DNA of 64,000 nt from NCBI GenBank assembly GCA_964057225.1, contig OZ059896.1, forward strand, positions 17,298,001-17,362,000. The letters run 5' to 3'. Below are positions 1 through 12,853 of the stretch, in pieces (within the stretch, counting starts at the first letter, position 1; the number at the start of each line of letters is the position of its first letter). The stretch is from Auanema rhodensis (lineage: Eukaryota > Animalia > Nematoda). The translations under genes and the position numbers were made by a program. A model generated the notes under the pieces. The model was not told the DNA's origin. It did no database searches and saw only the letters and a program-made list of their open reading frames with translations.

Positions 1-259
1 ATTCTTATTTAGTCAATTTACCTGGTATAGACATTAGTTATCTTTTAAGTGTCTCGTCTTAATTTTTTATGAATCGTTTTTGTTTATTGATTGTTGTTTT
101 GTTTTCGTAGGAAGCTTTTTAAAATTTTGAAGATGATATTTAAGGAATTACGTTTATTTTGAATAGTGTTTTTGTATGACTGAATTGCAACGTTTTGAGA
201 AAAAGTACTTTATAGTTAAGAATTGAACACTTTAACCAAAATAATAATAACATTGAAGA

Positions 260-1897
260 ATGGGATATCCCAATGGTTACCTGCATTTGTGCATGCTACA
301 ATTCCCTTAATGTCATTCCTGATAGTATTAAAAGAAAACGTTGGAGTTGTTGATAAAGAATTTAAACTTCCTAGCGGAATATTTATTTATGTGCAATTGA
401 AGTGGGGCTACCAAGTTATGATATAATATTTAAAAAATGATTTCAGGCGTAATAGTATAACTAGCATGAGACATAATAGTAATTACCATGTTGTTGCTTG
501 GAAACACATGGAAAATACTGAATGTTTAAACGTCCGCACTGCTAATGGGAACCATTTGGTAAATATATTTGATTAATCTAAAAAGAAATACATTTAACTT
601 ATGGATCAAAACAGAAGTTCAGTTTCTACGTAATGGTCCCAAAGGAGTTGCCATTTTTGAATCCAAGGAATTAGGTTTAATTTAATTTTTAAAATTTTCT
701 ATTAATATTTTTTAGGGGATGTTTACGATATATATAAAGTTGCTACTGGTGAAAGATTCGGTAAATATACCTGCTGGGTATATCCAGGTCGATCAGAAAG
801 ACTTGGACTCAGAAATGTTTTCGTTTTGAGTGAGGTGCTCCCAAGAATTACAGAATCAATTACTATATATTATCAACCATTCAATATTTTTTAGATAGAA
901 AGTGATAGACACTATCAAGGTATTGTGTATGGTGCTCCTGTTAGAGGACGATCACCTGTATATTGTCGTGATTTTAAGTCAGAAAATCTTATTATAATTG
1001 GCAGGTATTGTTTGATTATTATATAATAAAATAACATGCAAATGTTTTACAAACTTTTAGACAAAGCATGATAGGCAGTGTAATTAAATTTCAAAAAACT
1101 AAGAAACGCGATGGTTGCACAGTAATTCACGATTATATGCGTGAAAAAGCCATTTATGATTTCCGCGTAACTCAGAACGAAGCTGAGGTCTTTGAGCTTA
1201 CTGTTTACAGAATTTATAAACTCTTTTTTTGGCTTTCAGTTCTGTATTTCCGTCAAACATTCAGGGCCAAATCTCTTTTATCACGAACTCTTTGAAATAG
1301 CTCCAAGCAACATGAATTTTCAAAAGTATAAGTATGTTTATTTCTTCATATTGGTACCAAAGCTTACTTTTTTTGTAGCTTAGAACATGTTTGGATCAGA
1401 AGAGACTTTTCTTCAAGACAATGGATTTTTTCTGAAGTTCAAGGCTTATCCAAGTTTGATATGCAAACGTATCTTCGTACAGAAAGGGACAAGGTATTGC
1501 TTAGTTATCTTAATGCTATACATATATATGTATGCTCAGACAATATCAAAAAGGTTAGAAGAAGATTCTTCTACAGATGATGGCAAATTTAGTGATGAAG
1601 ACGAAGAACTATCGGTAGTTAGTTGTATATACAATTGTTCACAATATTCATATGAGGTTTAAGGTTGCACTTCATCAGGAGCCTTCAGAAATACCTGGAA
1701 GAGAAACACCAACCATCGAAAATGCCGTTCAAGAATCAAAGAAGGTATTACACACACACACGCTTAAGTTTTTTAAAAAACGTATTTTACAGAGAACTTT
1801 TCACGAGCTACTGTTAGAAATCGCCGCGAATGAAGAAGTTATGAAAATTGTACAGCAAAGAAGTGCAGAAGCTGCTAAAATGCTAAGAGCAATGTAA
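260..1897 (+). CDS. Multi-exon orphan (nematode-specific) protein, about 10 exons
   Basis: Chain of open exons separated by ~45-65 nt GT-AG introns (e.g. VLKENVGVVDKEFKLPSG..., HVWIRRDFSSRQWIF..., ending AEAAKMLRAM* at 1897). No family recognised. The start and some 5' junctions are uncertain. Confidence 0.6.
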
Positions 1898-2067
1898 ATA
1901 CGAAAAAAAAAACATTTGAAAGAAGAATCTATAATGTATAAATTTTTTTTTAATTTATGGTATTAATTCAATGGTATTTGCTGATTCGTATTTTTGAATA
2001 TAATATTGGTTTCTTTTTATTGATATAGCTTTTAAAGATTTTCCATATATAAACATCTTAAACCAAA

Positions 2068-2997
2068 ATGTCCAGTGAATCTTATATGGTAATAACATTG
2101 TTCTGTTTCTAATAGTTTATGGTTTTTCAAGGATAATGATATAATTATTTGGCATCTTGGAATTGTGCTACGTCATTCGATTTTCATTTTTCATACTCGA
2201 GAGTTTAAAACTACTCAGAGATATAATGGTTATTATTGTTATTCTGTTTTTAAAATCATAACAGATATTTACAGAATTGGAGTTATACCTTTTGGTGGAA
2301 GTGGATATGTGTGATATCTAGTATATCTCTCAACTAACATTTTATTTTCAGAAGATATCCTGATATTGTAGTAAGAAAGATAGATCCCCTAAGTTATCAT
2401 TATCCCATACCTAAAGTATGCCAAATTGATTATGATAGAGAAGATATCTTTGTGGGTGTTTTTTTCTATATCTCGAATTATTTCAATTTCAGTTAAATGT
2501 TCCTCCTTTTTCTTCTATAGATAGCAGGAAGCTGATACATCCTTTACTAGGTATATCATTCTTTTTTAATCAATAGTTACTAATTGAGAGTTTAGGAGAA
2601 TTAAGAGTAAGCCCTGATGTCAATATTACAAATCATTTTAATGTTCCGAGAAGTAAAATGCTAATAAATTTTGATCAAAAAAATGTTATACCAGAAATTA
2701 TATCGCTTGAGGTTGCAGTTTGTTTTGTCGGTTTGACTCAAAAGAACGCTTTTATTATAGGAAGCTTCTCCTTCGTCGAAATTAAAAAATTCTTGGGATT
2801 TCTATTCTAATAATGGCTGTAAGAAAAAGGTATATATTTTTTCTTAGAAGAAAAAAAACCTACTCTTTAAGTTATGTCACCGTGATTTAGCATGCTATTT
2901 GCTTGATGATCGGGAAATTCGAGCATCCATTGAAGAGAACATGTACGACGTGTATGTTGTTCTCTGTGATAAGATTTTTTCTGGTGAAACTACTTAG
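2068..2997 (+). CDS. Second multi-exon orphan protein, possibly distantly related to the first
   Basis: ATG 2068 (MSSESYM|DNDIIIWHLGIVLRHS...). Short GT-AG introns. Last exon 2872-2997 reads LCHRDLACYLLDDREIRASIEENMYDVYVVLCDKIFSGETT*. Confidence 0.5.
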
Positions 2998-3090
2998 CAA
3001 ATTTATATTTATTGTTCATTTACATTGTCATAATATGGTAAACTACATAATCCACAGGATTTTTCTATACAAGTTTTGCATAAAACATTT

Positions 3091-5071
3091 TTATACACTG
3101 GCCAATTCGGTAATGTATGCTGCAAAGAGTTTCATTCCCTCGATGTAGTTTCGAACATCAATCTTCTCATTTTGAGCATGTGGGTTATCATCAGAAGCTC
3201 CCATAGGGAGTAATAACACTGGTACTCCTGCCAGGTCTTGGAATGTAATAGTTATGGGGATGGATCCTCCTTCACGTGTAAAATCTGGTTCAACACCATA
3301 AACTTAAACTGAAAGTTTAGAACGGGCCCATGGAGGTTCTTACCTTGCTTAATAGCCTTAGTAGCAGCTTGGAAATTAGCACCTTTAGGGTCAGTTAACC
3401 AAGATTTTCCGGAATGGAATGCTTGAGGACTGAAAAAAAAGTAACTTTGAATTATATATATATATATATATATTTACTCGAAGGTATTTGGTGAATTTCT
3501 TTGAGTCCATAGAGTTTTCAAATGCTCGACAACAAGCTGATCAACAGCCTCTGGAGTCATATTGGGAACAATTCGAATACTGAACTTTCCGATAACATTA
3601 GCAGGAATGACCTGAAGTACATTGATAACAGTACAAAAACAATTCAAACAAACAGTTTTAGCACCAGCATCGCTGAAAGCTCCTTCAATACCATGAAGAG
3701 AAAGAGATGGATGTCTCCATCTGTTCATTAGGATATCAACCTTATTATCAGACAAAAGACAAGCGCTTGTAGATTTCCTGAATCAAATAAATATATGTTA
3801 AGCTTTTCCGAACCCTTAACACTCACTGATAAGAATCCACACAGAAATCAATGTTCTCATACATCTTTCTTTCCTCTTCCGTCAAAGGAGCAATCATCTC
3901 TTCTAAACCAGGGATGTTTGGTTTTCCACCTTTGTTCAATTGCCCCATAATCCAAATAAGATCATCTAAGGGTTCGTGGATAAGTCCTCCATGGAGTCCA
4001 GAGTGTAAATCACTTGATGGACGAGAAACAGTGACTGTGAAGTAGCAAATTCCTCTGAAAGAATAACTTTAAATGTTTTGAAAAGGTTTGCAAGTGCATT
4101 GGGAAGTGTCATAAAAGTGGAAAATTGATTTAGTACTTCCAAATGGTCATTTCTTGGTATTGTTATCAGTCATTTCCTTGCAACTGATAAATAGATTTGC
4201 AACTGGCTAGATAAGAAGATTACGTCTTTACCTTAACCCGTAGGTTAAACATGGCTTCTTAGTTCCTAACCAATAATTGTCAGAGATACAGACGAATTCA
4301 ACATTTTTCAAGAATTCTTGTCTCTCAACCAGCATTTCCTCCAAGCCAATTGATCCACTTTCTTCCATACATTCGAAGACAAACTAAAAATTTCAAACAG
4401 ATAAATATTTAAGAGGCCTGACTAAAACGTACTTTGATGTTAATGGGGATGTCAACTCCATTAGTTTGCATCGCTTCAATAGCGTTAATCCACCCAAGAA
4501 CAGGCCCCTGAAATAAGCCTGAATATTAATTGATAAAATTATACTGAAACCTTATCGTCGGTAGAACCTCTACCGCATAGTTTACCGTCAACTTCAGTCA
4601 AGGTGAATGGATCAGTATTCCATCCATCGCTCTAAATACATACTAAATTAAGAAAAATGGTGAGAAAATTACCTTTTTAGCTGGTTGGACATCAAGATGA
4701 CCGTAAACGACCAAAGTCTTTTTCTTGGGATCAGCACCCAAAACTCCGAGAAGAACGGGTGGAAGTGGAGGATTATTGTGTCCTTCAACACTCAATGGAA
4801 CGATTTCAGTTGTAGCTCCAATTTTTTCCAGTTGCTTCAAATTAATGCGATATAACAAAAATTTTAAAGGAAAATATTACTTTCTTAGTCCACTCAACCA
4901 TTCTAACACATTCTGCTCTCTTTTTGTCATCAGCAGACACACTTTGGATGGCTACAGCTTCGGCCAAACGGTCAATATAAACCTTCTTATTGTTATCAAT
5001 ATACCTGGAATATAACGAAATGGAAAAGAAGTTAAAAGAGAAACTCACTTGAACACAGACTCGAGAACCAT
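3091..5071 (-). CDS. CNDP2: Cytosolic non-specific dipeptidase (M20 family, CNDP2/pes-9-like)
   Basis: Spliced reading [11 protein letters not shown]..., [58 protein letters not shown]. The introns checked are GT-AG and in frame. Confidence 0.93.
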
Positions 5072-6159
5072 TTTTATTCTTTGGCTCAAACCTAACAGCA
5101 CCACAGAATCAATTCTAATGTATAAGAGTAGGACGTCTCTAAAGTACGATGTAAGAGATAAGGTCAGCACTCTAATTGTTCAAAAGGGATAAATTCCTGA
5201 TAGTCAGTAAAGCACGAAACATGATAAGAGAGCAAGTGTGAAAAAGGCAGGTTGCCAGTTAGATTTCATTATTGTAAGCTGAAAGAACGTTGTAGAGTTG
5301 AACATAGATCTAACGATTTTATGGGGTGGGAAAACGATTTCTGTGCTACTAGCATGATGACAAAACAGCTATTAAAATAGAATTATAAAACGTATTGCTT
5401 TCTTATAAAGCATTCTACACATCGTAAATCAATATGAAATTCCGTGAGAACGGAGAAACGGAACATCTGATGAACTATTTATTTATATTATTATTTATAA
5501 ATTCTGTAAATATAAACATAGACAATGGTATAGTAGATGCCTAATTTCTCGTCAATAGGAAAACACCACGATGACGTCAAAGTAAGTAGTCTCTACTTTC
5601 AATGGAATAGCATGCCGAAATTTTTTTTTTGAATGATGATTTTTTTAAACAGAGAGTAATAACGTGTAACAAACTACAATGGACAAATGAAAAGGAATAT
5701 AGATCCGAAAGTCCCGACCAGAATAAGAGGATTATGGCCGAAGCGAACAAAGAGCACGTCAAACTTTCAACACGATAAAAGTGAAAAGTAAGCATTGTTA
5801 AAAACATATTTTAAAAAAGTACTTACAGTTTATCAGCTTGTTATTCAAAGAAAACAATCAAAGTTATCAGTAATTGACTAATTATATACTTTTGCGAGAA
5901 ATTAAAATAGAAAATGATGATGGTAGAGGAAGCAATGATGATTGCTTTTTTACACTTACAAGCAAAAACATGACCAATCATTATCTATTTTCAATTTTAA
6001 AAAATGGAATATCACATCGCTCATCATATGACCCCATTGGTATCACTTAACGGGTTATGTTCCTAACTCTCCCACTTATTTTATTTCTTTTTTTAGTTCG
6101 AAACTGAGAAACGAAATCGTAAAGTTTTATTTGAATGACCAATACACGTTTCCTAATTT

Positions 6160-7925
6160 TTAAATTACTCCCAGTTTTTTTCCGATTCTTCCGAAAGCAT
6201 CTACAGCATGGTCAATATGCTCTGTTGTATGAGCAGCAGAAATCTGTAACGTATAATTATGTGTGATCAATGAAGTATAAAACACCTGAACACGAATTCT
6301 AGCCTTTCCCTTAGGCACTACTGGAAAACTGAAACCAATTACGTACACTCCCTCTCGAAGCATTTGATCTGCCATTTCGGAAGCAAGTCTGCATGATTCA
6401 TTATTGATTTTTTTGTAATTATTCACATTGGTATCACCTGGCATCACCTAGAAGAACAGGGCAAATAGGATGGGTTTCACTACCAAGAACAGTGAAGCCT
6501 AAGCCGGTCATCTTAGTCCTGAATTTATAAACATTGCATCACTGTATTTGAAGTTCTAATTTGGTTATTAAATGGTTTAACTCACCTGAACCGTTGCACA
6601 TTGGATTGAAGAGATCCGATAAAGGATGAATCATTCATCAACATGTCAAACACCTAAGCTATTTAGTCAATTTAGTCATATTCACAGATTGTAATAACCT
6701 CACCTGGATGCTAGATCCAACAATGCTGGGGGCTAGTGAATTCGAGAAGAGATATGGTCTAGAACGTTGTCTAAGCAAATCAATCAAAGATTTTGGACCT
6801 ATAAGTAGAGAAATTTTCTTCTTTCACTCAATAATGCTAAATGTTTGCCTGTTGTGTATCCTCCCATAGCTCCTCCCAGTGCTTTGCCTAATGTAGAATT
6901 AATAATGTCAATTTTTCCTTTCATTCCCAAAGCTTCTTCGGTTCCTCTTCCAGTTTTACCAAAGAACCCAGTAGCATGACACTCATCGATAAAGATTAGA
7001 GCGTTGTACCTGACAATTTGAAAAATTCAATGAGTTTCGGGAATATTTCAATATACTTATCAGCAAGTTCTGAAATTTCTTTGAGTGGAGCTACGTCACC
7101 ATCCATAGAGAAAACTCCGTCAGTGACGATAATACGATGACGAGAGCCTAGAGGGAGAAGATTTATTTCGGATTAAACTTAATAGAAATACAACTTACTT
7201 TGAGCTTCCTTCAACTTGATTTCTAAATCGTCCAAGTTCATATGCTTGTACCGTAGGCGCTTTCCCTTGGACAAGCGAATGCCATCAATGATAGAAGCAT
7301 GGTTCAATTCATCGGAAATAATAGCATCTTCTGGTCCTTCAACATTTGAATTTCCTAATTTTTTCAATAAGATTCAGAAACTAACCCGCAAGTACTTCGA
7401 ATAAACCTGCATTAGCATCGAAGCAAGCAGCATAGAGAATGGTGTCTTCAGTTCCATGAAACTATAAAAGTGAGTTCTTTATTCTCAATCAAATTCTTGA
7501 ATACCTGGGCAATCTTCTGCTCTAATTGCTTGTGAATATCTTGAGTACCACAGATGAAACGAACAGAAGATAAACCTGCTCCATGAGTGTCCAAAGCCTT
7601 CTTACCTGCGGCAATTACCTGAGAGACAATGATTACGATATGCACTGCCCACCATATTTTACCTCTGGATGACTTGATAAACCTAAGTAGTTATTAGCAC
7701 AAAAGTTAATAACTGGTTTATCACGTCCAGTAACTTTAACCAGAACTCCTTGCTTTCCCTCGATAACTCTCTCGTTTTTGAATGTTCCTGCCGACTAAAG
7801 AATAAGTTCTTAAAAGCAAACAACAAATAAGAATATACGCGAATGCTTTCAAGTTCTGAACGAAGATGACTATCTAACTGTTGACGACCAGTTGAATAAA
7901 ATCTGGAAGATAATCTGGAAAGCAT
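6160..7925 (-). CDS. GCAT: Mitochondrial 2-amino-3-ketobutyrate CoA ligase (glycine C-acetyltransferase)
   Basis: Mitochondrial-type leader [12 protein letters not shown]. Motifs [81 protein letters not shown] lies immediately before the ATG (trans-splice site). One GC-AG intron at 6799-6848. Confidence 0.95.
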
Positions 7926-8695
7926 CTGAAAATTCCATCAATATGTGAACAATAGCTTTGGTTATATAAATACTAACAGAAATAATATGTACTTAGAATC
8001 CGAAATGAGGAAAATTTTTGAAAACAATATATGTGAGCAGAAAGTTTGAAATAAAAGACCTATGTGTACAATTGTCGTCACATCCACATACACAAGGATC
8101 ATAACGACGGTTAGGCAGACAACGATCAATTGATGAATTCTGATGATAAGGACAGATATGTATGCTACACATTTCTTCTTATTCTATCAAATGAATTTTA
8201 CAAAAATTTGTGACTGAATCTAGACACACATGTCATCAAGATTTAGTATGTGGCATATAGCAAAATGATTTCGATTATAATCTAATGATATTAATAATGA
8301 TAATAACATTTCTTGCGAAAATTTTAAAGTTTAGTGCTTCTGAGAAATTCCCGAAAAACTTGTGGTTCTTAACAATAAGCTATCAGAAAGATTATTTGCA
8401 TGAAAGTTGAAACTTTGAAAACAGTTGCCTCAAATCGATGATGAGGTCTTTAACATACACAGCAAATGTCAGAATATGATGTATCAGATATTGTAACAAT
8501 TTGCAACTAAAACTTATCAATGACGGTCTTACAAAAAAACCGTGAAAGGAAGCCAATGATCTAAAATAGAAAACGTGTCTGTCCGTTTAACAATTTTCAA
8601 ATTGTGTAAAGCAACTGATTCAGAATATGGAAGTATAAAACGTTCGAATATGAATAATTTATGTCAAATAAATAAAGATAACGAAGTCGCGATCA

Positions 8696-9040
8696 CTATT
8701 TTCCATCTGCCTCCATCATATCTCCTTCTGCACCTCCTTCTACTTCGCCACCAGCTTCACCTTCGGTCATAGTACCACCTTCAACAGTGATTTCGCCTCC
8801 ACTCATTTGATCAGATCCTGCATCATCTGCAGGATCTTCCTCTTCCTCCACACTTGTTGGTGGCATTTCTTCTTCTTCTTCTTCCATTTCTTCTGAACCT
8901 GAAATAAATATCTTTAGTAATGGCATCTTTAGTAATGGAAACTTACTTGGTGGTTTAGGAGAACTACCACCTCCACAAGCTTGAACTGCCAATAAAATGC
9001 AGGAAAGAATTGTAATTGTAAGTAATACTTTGGAGACCAT
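8696..9040 (-). CDS. Small secreted acidic Gly/Glu/Met-rich peptide, type A copy 1
   Basis: Signal-like MVSKVLLTITILSCILLAVQA followed by CGGGSSPKPP. Phase-1 intron 8899-8946 (gtaagt...tttcag). Acidic tail ends EGDMMEADGK*. Confidence 0.85.
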   Translation of the reverse strand: MVSKVLLTITILSCILLAVQACGGGSSPKPPSKFPLLKMPLLKIFISGSEEMEEEEEEMPPTSVEEEEDPADDAGSDQMSGGEITVEGGTMTEGEAGGEVEGGAEGDMMEADGK

Positions 9041-10055
9041 ATTATACGGATTGTTGATTTAGAAAAAATCAACGGTTTTTAAATCATTTTCGATCTGATT
9101 AAAATTCAAGCAAGTTCATTAAATACTAGTTAATCATTAGCTGCATTACTTCAAACATTCGATCTTTGTTCAGATATCAATCAGCTTTCTAATACTTTAA
9201 TATGTGAAAATACAGTTGAAGCCCTCGTGAGCTTCATATAGTTGCAAAGGTTGTATGCAGGTAGTTCATTAATTTTTTTTGTAGTAATGTACCCGGTTGG
9301 TCGTGTTGATGTGAATCTATATTTTTCATAGATATCTAGATATGTTAAGAAAATACTACTTATGTAAGTTTTAACGAGAATGATATAACTAGCATATTAC
9401 CTTTTAATAACCAGCTCGGGGCTATTTAAAAACACCATTTTTACGTCTTGAATCAAGGCTACTAATAATTCTAACAATTTAAGGAATAAACTTGAAAGCA
9501 ATAAAATACTTGAAATACAAATCTGGAGAAATATTTCATTTGCCAATGATGCATCTCGTCTGCATTACCTATACTTCGACACAATGGTAGGAATATCCAG
9601 ATAATATCTCAAAACTTCCAAATAAATAACAAAGTTTTGGCGTAATATCAGAGCTTCAAGTTTGAATATGGTTTTTTCTTATTTATTTCAGTTTATGATT
9701 AAGAATATTCCTAAGAAGTACCTTATTTTGGATGTTAAATGCTAAATTTCAAAAAATTTTCCTTATTTTGCGCTCTAACGCTAATTAAGTGAGGTGTGGG
9801 AGGGGCGTGCCTACGTGGAAAAGCGCATTGGCCAAAGCACTTGCAGCAAGTGTTACGATCTGATTTCGCAGTTATTTTGAACATAAAGAAATTACAATTC
9901 CTTTTTAGAATAAAAGTACGATTGTGAATGTCAATAACGTGTCCGTTTAACAATTTTCAAATTGTGTAAAGCAACTGATTCAGAATATGGAAGTATAAAA
10001 CGTTCGAATATGAATAATTTATGTCAAATAAATAAAGATAACGAAGTCGCGATCA

Positions 10056-10406
10056 CTATTTTCCATCTGCCTCCATCATATCTCCTTCTGCACCACCCAT
10101 ATCTCCTTCTGCCCCACCATCTGACATGCCTTCACCTTCGGTCATAGTACCACCTTCACTCTCACTCATTTGAGCAGATCCTGAATCGTCTGCAGGGTCA
10201 TCTTCCTCCATACTTTTTGATGGCATTTCTTCTTCGTCCATTTCTTCTGAACCTGAAATAAATATCTTTAGTAATGCCTAAGTATATACAATAATTCTAT
10301 TAGGAAACTTACTTGGTGGTTTAGGAGAACTACCGCCTCCACAAGCTTGAACTGCCAATAAAATGCAGGAAAGAACAGTAATTGTAAGTAATACTTTGGA
10401 GACCAT
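10056..10406 (-). CDS. Small secreted acidic peptide, type B copy 1
   Basis: Same signal peptide and CGGGSSPKPP. Intron 10253-10312. Shorter tail SSEEMDEEEMPSKSMEEDDPADDSGSAQMSE...GK*. Confidence 0.85.
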
Positions 10407-11142
10407 ATTAGACGGATTGTTGATTTAGCAAAAAACAACGGTTTTTAAATCATTTTCGATCTGATTAAAATTCAAGCAAGTTCATTAAATACTAGTTAAT
10501 CCTTAGATGCATCACTTCAATCATTCAATGTTTATCCAGATATCAATCAGCTTTCTAATACTTTAATATGTGAAAATACAGTTCAAGAAGATTTAAAGCC
10601 TTCGTGAGTTCCATATAGTTGCAAAAGTTGGAATGGTGCAGCAAACCTGAATTACCTATTCTTTAACACAATGGTAGGAATATCCAGATAATATCTCAAA
10701 ACTTCCAAATAAATAACAAAGTTTTGGCGTAATATCAGAGCTTCAAGTTTGAATATGGTTTTTTCTTATTTATTTTAGTTTATGATTAGGAATATTCCTA
10801 AGAAGTACCTTATTTTGGATGTTAAATGCTAAATTTCAAAAAATATTCCTTGTTTTGCGCTCTAACGCTAATTAAGTGAGGTGTGGGAGGGGCGTGCCTA
10901 CGTGGAAAAGCGCATTGGCCAAAGCACTTGCAGCAAGTGTTACGATCTGATTTCGCAGTTATTTTGAACATAAAGAAATTACAATTCCTTTTTAGAATAA
11001 AAGTACGATTGTGAATGTCAATAACGTGTCCGTTTGACAATTTTCAAATTGTGTAAAGCAACTGATTCAGAATATGGAAGTATAAAACGTTCGAATATGA
11101 ATAATTTATGTCAAATAAATAAAGATAACGAAGTCGCGATCA

Positions 11143-11487
11143 CTATTTTCCATCTGCCTCCATCATATCTCCTTCTGCACCTCCTTCTACTTCGCCACCA
11201 GCTTCACCTTCGGTCATAGTACCACCTTCAACAGTGATTTCGCCTCCACTCATTTGATCAGATCCTGCATCATCTGCAGGATCTTCCTCTTCCTCCACAC
11301 TTGTTGGTGGCATTTCTTCTTCTTCTTCTTCCATTTCTTCTGAACCTGAAATAAATATCTTTAGTAATGGCATCTTTAGTAATGGAAACTTACTTGGTGG
11401 TTTAGGAGAACTACCACCTCCACAAGCTTGAACTGCCAATAAAATGCAGGAAAGAATTGTAATTGTAAGTAATACTTTGGAGACCAT
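11143..11487 (-). CDS. Small secreted acidic peptide, type A copy 2
   Basis: Same translation as 8696-9040, offset by 2447 bp. Confidence 0.85.
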   Translation of the reverse strand: MVSKVLLTITILSCILLAVQACGGGSSPKPPSKFPLLKMPLLKIFISGSEEMEEEEEEMPPTSVEEEEDPADDAGSDQMSGGEITVEGGTMTEGEAGGEVEGGAEGDMMEADGK

Positions 11488-12502
11488 ATTATACGGATTG
11501 TTGATTTAGCAAAAATCAACGGTTTTTAAATCATTTTCGATCTGATTAAAATTCAAGCAAGTTCATTAAATACTAGTTAATCATTAGCTGCATTACTTCA
11601 AACATTCGATCTTTGTTCAGATATCAATCAGCTTTCTAATACTTTAATATGTGAAAATACAGTTGAAGCCCTCGTGAGCTTCATATAGTTGCAAAGGTTG
11701 TATGCAGGTAGTTCATTAATTTTTTTTGTAGTAATGTACCCGGTTGGTCGTGTTGATGTGAATCTATATTTTTCATAGATATCTAGATATGTTAAGAAAA
11801 TACTACTTATGTAAGTTTTAACGAGAATGATATAACTAGCATATTACCTTTTAATAACCAGCTCGGGGCTATTTAAAAACACCATTTTTACGTCTTGAAT
11901 CAAGGCTACTAATAATTCTAACAATTTAAGGAATAAACTTGAAAGCAATAAAATACTTGAAATACAAATCTGGAGAAATATTTCATTTGCCAATGATGCA
12001 TCTCGTCTGCATTACCTATACTTTGACACAATGGTAGGAATATCCAGATAATATCTCAGAACTTCCAAATAAATAACAAAGTTTTGGCGTAATATCAGAG
12101 CTTCAAGTTTGAATATGGTTTTTTCTTATTTATTTCAGTTTATGATTAAGAATATTCCTAAGAAGTACCTTATTTTGGATGTTAAATGCTAAATTTCAAA
12201 AAATATTCCTTATTTTGCGCTCTAACGCCAATTAAGAGAAGTGTGGGAGGGGCGTGCCTACGTGGAAAAGCGCATTGGCCAAAGCACTTGCAGCAAGTGT
12301 TACGATCTGATTTCGCAGTTATTTTGAACATAAAGAAATTACAATTCCTTTTTAGAATAAAAGTACGATTGTGAATGTCAATAACGTGTCCGTTTAACAA
12401 TTTTCAAATTGTGTAAAGCAACTGATTCAGAATATGGAAGTATAAAACGTTCGAATATGAATAATTTATGTCAAATAAATAAAGATAACGAAGTCGCGAT
12501 CA

Positions 12503-12853
12503 CTATTTTCCATCTGCCTCCATCATATCTCCTTCTGCACCACCCATATCTCCTTCTGCCCCACCATCTGACATGCCTTCACCTTCGGTCATAGTACCAC
12601 CTTCACTCTCACTCATTTGAGCAGATCCTGAATCGTCTGCAGGGTCATCTTCCTCCATACTTTTTGGTGGCATTTCTTCTTCGTCCATTTCTTCTGAACC
12701 TGAAATAAATATCTTTAGTAATGCCTAAGTATATACAATAATTCTATTAGGAAACTTACTTGGTGGTTTAGGAGAACTACCGCCTCCACAAGCTTGAACT
12801 GCCAATAAAATGCAGGAAAGAACAGTAATTGTAAGTAATACTTTGGAGACCAT
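12503..12853 (-). CDS. Small secreted acidic peptide, type B copy 2
   Basis: Copy of 10056-10406 offset by 2447 bp, with one substitution (MPPKS vs MPSKS). Confidence 0.85.

Noticed and set aside
559-622. Possible non-AG acceptor in orphan gene 1 (ttaacttatg before WIKTE)
   Set aside because: A canonical gttcag acceptor at 622 preserves the frame, so a non-canonical site cannot be supported without RNA data.
8960-9040. Resemblance of LLAVQACGGGSS to a bacterial lipoprotein lipobox (HGT or contamination)
   Set aside because: The genes have spliceosomal introns and host-like composition and sit among nematode genes.
9735-9953. Repeated 72-aa ORFs (MLNGHVIDIHNR...) and antisense ORFs in the array
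   Set aside because: They recur only because the DNA is duplicated. They use alternative starts, have no recognisable motif and are truncated in the last copy.
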